Below the pieces are notes generated by a model, which was not told the origin of the DNA, did not search any database, and saw only the letters and a program-made list of their open reading frames with translations. Shown here piece after piece: positions 61,701-64,000 of a stretch of 64,000 nucleotides of DNA (positions are counted from its first letter, which is position 1; each line of letters opens with the position of its first letter). The translations under genes were made by a program, and so were the position numbers. Location: assembly GCF_037042905.1 (NCBI RefSeq), contig NC_087255.1, positions 21,824,001 to 21,888,000 on the forward strand. The letters run 5' to 3'. This stretch comes from Lytechinus pictus (lineage: Eukaryota).

Positions 61701-62724
61701 ATTTGGTCCACAACAATTGGTCTAATACCCAGATGGTCCAATTTCTATTCATCGAACCATATAGAATAAGTGATATCAGACCAAGTGTATATACTGTAGA
61801 TGACATGGGTATAGCCTTAACCCTAATTTAACTGGGCTATTTCAGACCAAGATAAATGGAGGGAGTGGTCAATTTGAACCCCCTTCAGATCCCAGCCGCT
61901 GATTGCTTGATCGCCGCAAAAATTTGCAGGCGCATAGAGAACATGTAAACAAGAGTATACAGTAAAATTTTCAAAAAATTTATTGTTTTAATTATTTCAT
62001 TAATTAATAATGCAAATAAGAGTATGAAATTTGCCCTAAATTTGTTGTTTTTGTTCATGTTTCTGCCTTTAACTCACTTAATATAGCTAGTAGAATGCAA
62101 ATTTTTTGTGAAAATATCAATTTATATATTTCTAACATATATCTACCAAAAATTGCAAAACATAAATAATTTCCTAAGTATTTCATTGTTTATTTAATTC
62201 TTATGTACATGTATTTCTTTGTTTTTTCAAATCTTTGTTTTTATCGTTTTTTCAATTCACTTCGTCGCGACCCTTTGTGATCACAAATAGCATAAAGTAA
62301 ATCCATTTAAACCGACAAAAGTAGAAATAATCATACAAGTACATTTCTGATTTTTGGTTGAAAAACACAATTTGCATTGACTTGGTACACGGAATCACAT
62401 TTTGGAGAAATTTTGGGTCTGACATGCGTTTACAGAATGTTCTGTAATTTCGGAACTGCGTACCAAATGCATCACAAATTTAGTCTCAAAAGACTTAAAA
62501 GTAAAAAGTCAGCGAGCGGCATAGCAACCCCCACCCTTCCCAAGTAAGGGTTAATGGATATAAAAGAAAATGGTGAATGGGCATACCTGTAGAGAGAATG
62601 ACTGGTTCAGTTCTAGCAAGCTCAATATCTTTGCTTGTCACAATAGCAACTGTGATGTTATAGGAAGTATTTGCACGGAGGTCAGAGACGGTCCCGTTGA
62701 CAGAGTCACCACCATTGACATATA
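16691..62724 (-). CDS. Multi-exon gene (34 coding exons in window, 5' truncated): (CTLD-FN3)n-CUBx3-SEA-like-TM type I membrane receptor/adhesion protein
   Basis: Manual splicing of GT/GC-AG-bounded exons gives one open frame of 5510 nt with matching phases at all 33 junctions. Domain motifs: CTLD WIG/WRW/Cys pattern, FN3 W...Y-x-I-x-Y...L-x-P-N-T-x-Y, CUB SP-x-Y/WP...W...F-x-SD...GF, hydrophobic TM followed by RHRRKK. Confidence 0.9.
16816..17200. repeat. Pyrimidine-rich (CCT/TCT) low-complexity tract in the last intron
   Basis: Nearly pure C/T; source of spurious poly-S/L/E ORFs. Confidence 0.9.
17419..17542 (-). CDS. Exon: cytoplasmic tail 2 (tyrosine motifs)
   Basis: tttcag|..|gtaaga, 124 nt, phase 1-2; (K)YEEESDYAVPLKQSERPSTSTFTNATYSDATYSDAATPGE. 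Confidence 0.75.
17951..18225 (+). mobile_element. tRNA-derived SINE family 1; copies at about 32025-32279(-), 51222-51475(+), 59505-59600(-)
   Basis: A box TGGCCCAGTGG, B box GGTTAGAATCCC, shared core ccacattntgctgcactcnacccaggtgaggtnaatgggtacc. Confidence 0.8.
18930..19407. mobile_element. Kolobok-like MITE family A, opposite orientation
   Basis: AGGGGAA...TTCCCCT|TTAA; internal sequence is the reverse complement of 4127-4623. Confidence 0.75.
19504..20172. repeat. Tandem repeat, ~170-bp unit x ~4
   Basis: atgatt..gagattaaaaa recurs at 19504, 19675, 19845 and 20015. Confidence 0.92.
20344..20702. mobile_element. Foldback element built from ~15-bp TAGACCAA subrepeats; copies at about 30098-30474 and 51855-52241
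   Basis: ttggtctaat repeats on the left, attagaccaa repeats on the right, ends ggtaaattg / caatttacc. Confidence 0.65.
20850..20920 (-). CDS. Exon: cytoplasmic tail 1 (basic stop-transfer)
   Basis: ctttctccag|..|gtgaga, 71 nt, phase 2-1; (R)HRRKKGKMQTGDGLMNSQDLQTY. Confidence 0.8.
21230..21972. mobile_element. piggyBac-like MITE
   Basis: TTAA|CCCTAAACAGGCCGGG...CCCGGCCTAGTTAGGG|tTTAA; family copies at 35373-36129, 56040-56710 and 61817-62554. Confidence 0.8.
22188..22523 (-). CDS. Exon: SEA-like C-part, T/P-rich stalk, transmembrane helix
   Basis: 336 nt, phase 2-2; ASDVEFLDTVAVENDLHITTWVGNP...PTTDGPRTDPPTQGLEPWAISLIVVGSFALVVSTVVGIEV. Confidence 0.9.
23048..23184 (-). CDS. Exon: SEA-like domain with Cys pair and RRRR furin site
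   Basis: 137 nt, phase 0-2; FTHDRQEDLATGIATSMTDYCRDKSDTCEALQRRRRDASILELTF. Confidence 0.85.
23826..23896 (-). CDS. Exon: linker and start of juxtamembrane SEA-like domain
   Basis: 71 nt, phase 1-0, atacag|..|gtgagt; EPPTPYNEIADSVIFIVQNEPIGW. Confidence 0.82.
24524..24926. mobile_element. Kolobok-like MITE family C; copies at about 33082-33474 and 57626-58024
   Basis: TTAA|AGAGAAATTCCAGT...ACTAGAATTTACCT|TTAA; shared catgagaaagtct core. Confidence 0.78.
24972..25420. mobile_element. MITE with apparent AT target duplication
   Basis: TIR ccagttcgtagtt / aactacgaactgg; splits the host tandem unit GGGATAAT^TGCATTGA. Confidence 0.7.
26487..26671 (-). CDS. Exon: CUB3 C-part
   Basis: 185 nt, phase 2-1; HDFLVLGTGKTINEEVIVILTGDTLPAPVQSASYRMWLQFKSDESFSSTGFSLEYSSIDNP. 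Confidence 0.92.
27173..27335 (-). CDS. Exon: CUB3 N-part
   Basis: 163 nt, phase 1-2; ASCGSQELLEGSGSVMSPNYPQPYPDNQECTWFIRLPSMNNLVRVEFNAFSLEE. Confidence 0.93.
27449..27650 (-). mobile_element. tRNA-derived SINE family 2; second copy at about 43545-43848(+)
   Basis: A box TAGCTCAGTCGG, B box GGTTCAATTCCC, shared tggtgcgctagtgccctttggtaaggcatt and cggagaggaccttaagccgtc. Confidence 0.8.
28279..28540 (-). CDS. Exon: CUB2 C-part
   Basis: 262 nt, phase 0-1; DMTWTLIGPKTGRVRMNSIEGVLESGYDTLTVG...FWVRFKADETVANKGFTLYWESFDDQ. Confidence 0.9.
29153..29244 (-). CDS. Exon: CUB2 N-part
   Basis: 92 nt, phase 1-0; GPGEPTREYDEITEEGTLTSPGWPDNHPNFV. Confidence 0.87.
30491..30725 (-). CDS. Exon: CUB1 C-part
   Basis: 235 nt, phase 0-1; ILNFDTRAGVDFVVIGSG...LSPGQHMWISFKTSEATLDYAGFLMNVTMVTQ. 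Confidence 0.9.
31655..31782 (-). CDS. Exon: CUB1 N-part
   Basis: 128 nt, phase 1-0; ECGRIIVDGDGMIMSADYPNGYYGPETCEWLISAPVNQFVLLQ. Confidence 0.9.
32842..32997 (-). CDS. Exon: FN3 C-half (unit 5)
   Basis: 156 nt; TQFHVVYGGNLSSLTVPNLSPSMTYEFHVAALIPDRLELPRIGPANATTFS. Confidence 0.9.
33622..34794. mobile_element. Helentron-associated (HINE/DINE-1-like) element with internal ~163-bp tandem array
   Basis: AACAAG start in an A-run, subterminal IR gtctcgcctgcat / atgcaggcgagac, terminal hairpin 34769-34794, (GCC)n, about 5.5 internal repeats. Confidence 0.7.
35148..35297 (-). CDS. Exon: FN3 N-half (unit 5)
   Basis: 150 nt; DFTSADMNVRDVMASPLSNTEIHVSWVLSNITCDVYGYKIYYGLQGEPLD. Confidence 0.9.
35373..36129. 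mobile_element. piggyBac-like MITE (same family)
   Basis: TTAA..CCCT...AGGG|TTAA; shares gcgcatcttttgagaccaaattt with the 21230 copy. Confidence 0.78.
36763..36963 (-). CDS. Exon: CTLD C-half (unit 5), GC donor
   Basis: 201 nt; GFSDFSVESDWRWVTCDAPTDWQNTIWETGYPRNGLHDCGALSSTSGQVIDDICDKPNYYICEITPK; donor AAG|gcaagt. Confidence 0.9.
37170..37865. repeat. Tandem repeat, ~164-bp unit x ~4
   Basis: ttacagatacac recurs at 37202, 37367, 37531 and 37693. Confidence 0.92.
38170..38376 (-). CDS. Exon: CTLD N-half (unit 5)
   Basis: 207 nt; GPCPAYYESGPNGGCYRFVTSEYGSIWSSGRSGCAVVEDSDLVIIDDQAEFEFIVNRTEYFYPIKDWWIG (missed by the ORF track). Confidence 0.93.
39278..39418 (-). CDS. Exon: FN3 C-half (unit 4)
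   Basis: 141 nt; ALVYGGGVDSYDLTMLQPSTRYSITVAGERIDAELPQVGPVYVTTPE. Confidence 0.9.
40082..40240 (-). CDS. Exon: FN3 N-half (unit 4)
   Basis: 159 nt; DFNIGDENVFNVNATAIAWDTVRVTWNVSEYNCDVVLYNIYYLDTFLGGKPEW. Confidence 0.9.
40814..41017 (-). CDS. Exon: CTLD C-half (unit 4)
   Basis: 204 nt; GYSDLSVEGDWRWITCASSNDWQKSLWAEGYPQNGLDDCGVFDPDTMTVYDQVCDTMNINYICEVTPK. Confidence 0.92.
41630..41754 (-). CDS. Exon: CTLD N-half part b (unit 4)
   Basis: 125 nt, phase 2-1; FYCSEAGDNFEHDLMIIDDEWELEYITNRTKEFNDSRDWRIG. Confidence 0.88.
43284..43377 (-). CDS. Exon: CTLD N-half part a (unit 4)
   Basis: 94 nt, phase 1-2; DPCPTGYEEAANGRCYWFQDFGRYGNDWDNTR. Confidence 0.88.
43932..44066 (-). CDS. Exon: FN3 C-half (unit 3)
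   Basis: 135 nt; KIIYGGDSSGARIQGLLPNTTVNISVAVLISAGELDRVGPVMGQS. Confidence 0.9.
45143..45493 (-). mobile_element. tRNA-derived SINE family 3; partial copy at about 29310-29497
   Basis: B box GTTCGAATCCC, ctccccagggagtgga core, (TTA)n tail. Confidence 0.7.
45542..45589 (-). ncRNA. Minimal type I hammerhead ribozyme motif, sense to the host pre-mRNA
   Basis: Minus strand gctagt-CTGAAGA-a-gcctgc(agaaatga)gtaggt-GAAA-gc-TC-acaagc. Confidence 0.68.
45792..45838 (+). ncRNA. Minimal type I hammerhead ribozyme motif (Penelope-type)
   Basis: attagt-CTGAAGA-a-gcctgc(agaacaa)gcagac-GAAA-gc-TC-attgat; palindromic AGCT stem III. Confidence 0.7.
45983..46135 (-). CDS. Exon: FN3 N-half (unit 3)
   Basis: 153 nt; GFDPTELKVENLETSGASYGVEISWTVPENACDVYGYKIYYQEMENDREES. 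Confidence 0.9.
47024..47221 (-). CDS. Exon: CTLD C-half (unit 3)
   Basis: 198 nt; GYHDTSVEGEWRWVDCTESDNWQMNLWAPGSPSNEMADCGSLTSSGEIEAQVCDVRFNFVCEVSPK. Confidence 0.92.
47837..48040 (-). CDS. Exon: CTLD N-half (unit 3)
   Basis: 204 nt; EPCPDGYSLAPNGRCYRFVEGSPSFWHYTRETCWMRKDSDLAIINDQEELDYIMQQINATGDTNNWWIG. Confidence 0.93.
48486..50109. mobile_element. DNA-transposon remnant with a nested LINE fragment
   Basis: TIR cagtcagtccgcaagccc / gggcttgcggactgactg, flanking ATTG direct repeat, internal IR ttttagatgggtcagcagccagctttt. Confidence 0.7.
49370..49935 (-). mobile_element. CR1/L2-type LINE 3' end
   Basis: Minus frame HSYNTRHSNDYHLPKSRTVFSSKTVFFTGPKLWNSL...NRFK, followed by 3' UTR and (AAAAT)n tail. 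Confidence 0.75.
50234..50574 (+). mobile_element. Interspersed repeat with inverted end, probably Penelope-like; relatives at 54190-54522 and 17331-17400
   Basis: Shared ctcagctttccactcctggtttacagtcctaaggactacactc; IR cggaagaggtttacggtac / gtaccgtaaacctcttccg. Confidence 0.5.
51512..51649 (-). CDS. Exon: FN3 C-half (unit 2)
   Basis: 138 nt; FVYGGDTSSAVVRGMLPNTTYDVTIAAHTSKDIELSPVGPITATT. Confidence 0.92.
52823..52978 (-). CDS. Exon: FN3 N-half (unit 2)
   Basis: 156 nt; GFRDEDANPHDLNATATTYGLEVTWTVSMTSCDVIGYRIYYYLTGDISTRAS. Confidence 0.9.
53225..53294 (-). pseudogene. Relic copy of the 3' end of a CTLD C-half exon
   Basis: Reads IVDLVFDTPLNYLCEIAPK versus IVDLVCDTPLSYLCEIAPK in exon 53949-54146. 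Confidence 0.8.
53949..54146 (-). CDS. Exon: CTLD C-half (unit 2)
   Basis: 198 nt; GYSDQSVEGDWRWIDCSESSRWQDALWVPGHPGNGRLDCAALQPDGQIVDLVCDTPLSYLCEIAPK. Confidence 0.93.
54689..54845 (+). mobile_element. Penelope-like terminal repeat remnant with inverted end
   Basis: IR gtaaaggaaataatctcttgtctcacgatgc / gcatcgtgagacaacagattatttccttttac enclosing TATAAAA and a hammerhead core. Confidence 0.6.
54761..54803 (+). ncRNA. Minimal type I hammerhead ribozyme motif (Penelope-type)
   Basis: attgc-CTGACGA-agaatagcaattgcagtc-GAAA-cg-TC-gcaat; perfect 5-bp stem I, palindromic ACGT stem III, imperfect stem II. Confidence 0.62.
54848..55000. repeat. (AAT)n microsatellite
   Basis: Seen directly. Confidence 0.9.
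54990..55435 (-). mobile_element. Degenerate L2-type LINE 3' end
   Basis: GERSFVHSSSKLWNS motif; tail runs into (TTA)n. Confidence 0.5.
55457..55663 (-). CDS. Exon: CTLD N-half (unit 2)
   Basis: 207 nt; VPCPQNYEEGPNGHCYRFRILEYGSWWPTGRRTCDNEPDSDLVIIDDPMELDFLINRTAEIDPNIMWWIG. Confidence 0.93.
56040..56710. mobile_element. Degenerate piggyBac-like MITE, reverse orientation
   Basis: aaaatgttgagggg end and internal similarity to the reverse complement of the 21230 copy; left boundary uncertain. Confidence 0.55.
56760..56897 (-). CDS. Exon: FN3 C-half (unit 1)
   Basis: 138 nt; VYVNGGESMSGAVTGLHANTSYDITVTIMTSKDIELGRTEPITLST. Confidence 0.92.
58355..58513 (-). CDS. Exon: FN3 N-half (unit 1)
   Basis: 159 nt; DFDLNSQVVENVRGTGGMYTIDVTWDLPENGCNAVGYKIYYEITGEDSDVITS. 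Confidence 0.9.
58548..59122. repeat. (CAT/CCT)n microsatellite spanning N-gap 58713-58986
   Basis: Seen directly; other gaps at 5062-5291, 10834-11028 and 39717-39878. Confidence 0.9.
59144..59341 (-). CDS. Exon: CTLD C-half (unit 1)
   Basis: 198 nt, phase 1-1; GLSDLHVAGEWRWVDCTTTTGYQDTLWAPDYPSDGDLTCAALQPSGDIINLSCDGKFSYLCELYPT. Confidence 0.92.
59380..59453 (-). pseudogene. Degenerate partial duplicate of the CTLD C-half exon with its own AG acceptor and in-frame stop
   Basis: catttag|GT GAT CCT... reads GDPRKWRWLDCSTITNYQDS*WAPEY versus the real exon AGEWRWVDCTTTTGYQDTLWAPDY. Confidence 0.8.
59797..60166. repeat. Direct duplication, ~189-bp unit x2
   Basis: ttcccactatgcttt..gaaagaaacg...ggcttatcatctaagctggcca occurs twice. 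Confidence 0.85.
60764..60970 (-). CDS. Exon: CTLD N-half (unit 1)
   Basis: 207 nt, phase 1-1; DECPDNYEEGPNGHCYRFRILDYGSTWPTGRRTCDNVEDSDLAVINDPEELAFLVNRSVEINPNMTWWIG. Confidence 0.93.
61817..62554. mobile_element. piggyBac-like MITE, reverse orientation
   Basis: TTAA|CCCT...AGGG|TTAA; reverse complement of the 35373 copy. Confidence 0.78.
62587..62724 (-). CDS. Exon: FN3 C-terminal half (unit 0)
   Basis: ccgcag|..|gtatgc, 138 nt, phase 1-1; YVNGGDSVNGTVSDLRANTSYNITVAIVTSKDIELARTEPVILST. Confidence 0.9.
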
Positions 62725-63719
62725 CTGCGGAGAAATGAGAGAGTTAATTTTACCTCTTTACATGCCACTTCCATCAACTGGCATAAAATGATACACATAA
62801 GCCATACAGAGCTTCAGATTAGCTGGCACATGAAAAGGTGAGATAAAAAAAACGAGTTTCATCTAAGTAATAAAAAAAGGAAAAAAATTGTAGCTATTCT
62901 CATGATTTTGATTAACTTAAAGCAGGGATTCTGCATCCTAGAATAAGAACATACAATCTTAGATACGTTCCTGTATTGTTTTTTTTTTTCATTGTTGGCA
63001 GCCTCATCATCTATGGGCAAGTTTCAAGTTTATTTTCAATTCTACAAAACATTGTACATGTCATCAATGAAGTAACAATTAATTAGCAATAATTAAAATG
63101 TAGAACTGAGGTTATGTTTCTTGTTATCTTTGCAAGGTCAAATGGAGGTCACTCTTTATTGTGTATTGACTGGCTGTTGATATGTATTTTTTATCCATAT
63201 ATAATATATACCTTGTTTGTATATTTGCGTTTTTGGTCAATTTATATGTCATTTTATTTTACCTTGTATTAGCATTTGCAATTCAGCCTTTGGCTGCAAC
63301 GAATGCTTTTTTGATGTATCAATAAAGACCATTATTATTATCATTACTTATGAATAAGCACAGCTTAAAGACATAGATAACATGTGAAACATATATACAG
63401 TGCATAGATACATAAGAATACATACAAATACATCATGTAAGCGAACAGAATAGGAGAGAGGAAATTGTAGAGGGCAGAAGTTTAAGGAAAAGAATTAAGA
63501 AAAAAGGCAGAGCTACGAGGTATTGTAATTCATTTTTGTCTTTACCTGAGTACATGTACCTTTTATTTGAAATTTGAACAGATACATGTATATCTGTGCT
63601 CCCTAACATAAAGGTTTGCAATCAATTGCTAAATGCCAATTACCAATCAAGATCATTGATGCATGTGCACTTTGATCAAAACACTGACTCCTAATAAGAA
63701 ATCGAAAAAACAAGCAATT

Positions 63720-64000
63720 GGATTATGTATCAATGGTACAATGGAATTAGATACAAATAAAATAGCCCAGGCATTTAATAGCTTCTTCCTTTCTTCTGGA
63801 TCTGGTCCGAAACCCGACAATCCTACCTCATGTAGGAATGTTAGACTTGAGACAAATGATACTGAGTTTCACTTTGAGGAAATCACTGAAGCATTTGTGC
63901 TTGCTGAATTGAACAAAATACAAACCTCAAAGTCCTCTGGACCTGACGGATTACCCCCTAAACTATTAAAAACAGCAGCACCTATTATTTCATCTCATCT
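63720..64000 (+). mobile_element. LINE ORF2 fragment (pre-RT region), runs off the window
   Basis: KIAQAFNSFF...(frameshift)...FHFEEITEAFVLAELNKIQTSKSSGPDGLPPKLLKTAAPIISSH. Confidence 0.8.

Noticed and set aside
16691-62724. Naming the gene as MRC1, cubilin, EBR1, REJ or a receptor phosphatase
   Set aside because: Shares individual domains only; domain order differs and there is no catalytic domain in the tail.

Overview
AT-rich eukaryotic genomic DNA with four N-gaps. The repeat content and gene style suggest an invertebrate deuterostome, most likely a sea urchin (inference). The window is dominated by one large minus-strand gene (16691-62724; 5' end beyond the window). I reconstructed it by hand as 34 coding exons (5510 nt, about 1836 codons) with consistent splice phases. 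It encodes a type I membrane protein: [half FN3]-(C-type lectin + FN3)x5 - CUB x3 - SEA-like domain with an RRRR furin site - TM helix - tyrosine-motif tail ending in a PDZ-type ligand (ENTKF*). I do not recognise this architecture as a named gene. Every lectin domain has an extra 7th Cys and every FN3 a single Cys, suggesting a disulfide-stapled two-domain module. The array shows one repeat-specific intron, two exon relics (one a possible poison acceptor) and a GC-AG intron. Introns and intergenic DNA hold MITEs (Kolobok-, piggyBac- and P-like), tRNA-SINEs, LINE fragments, a Helentron-like element, 160-170 bp satellites, and Penelope-type remnants carrying three minimal hammerhead ribozyme motifs. 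Most entries in the supplied ORF track are spurious. Coordinates were read by eye and repeat boundaries are approximate.
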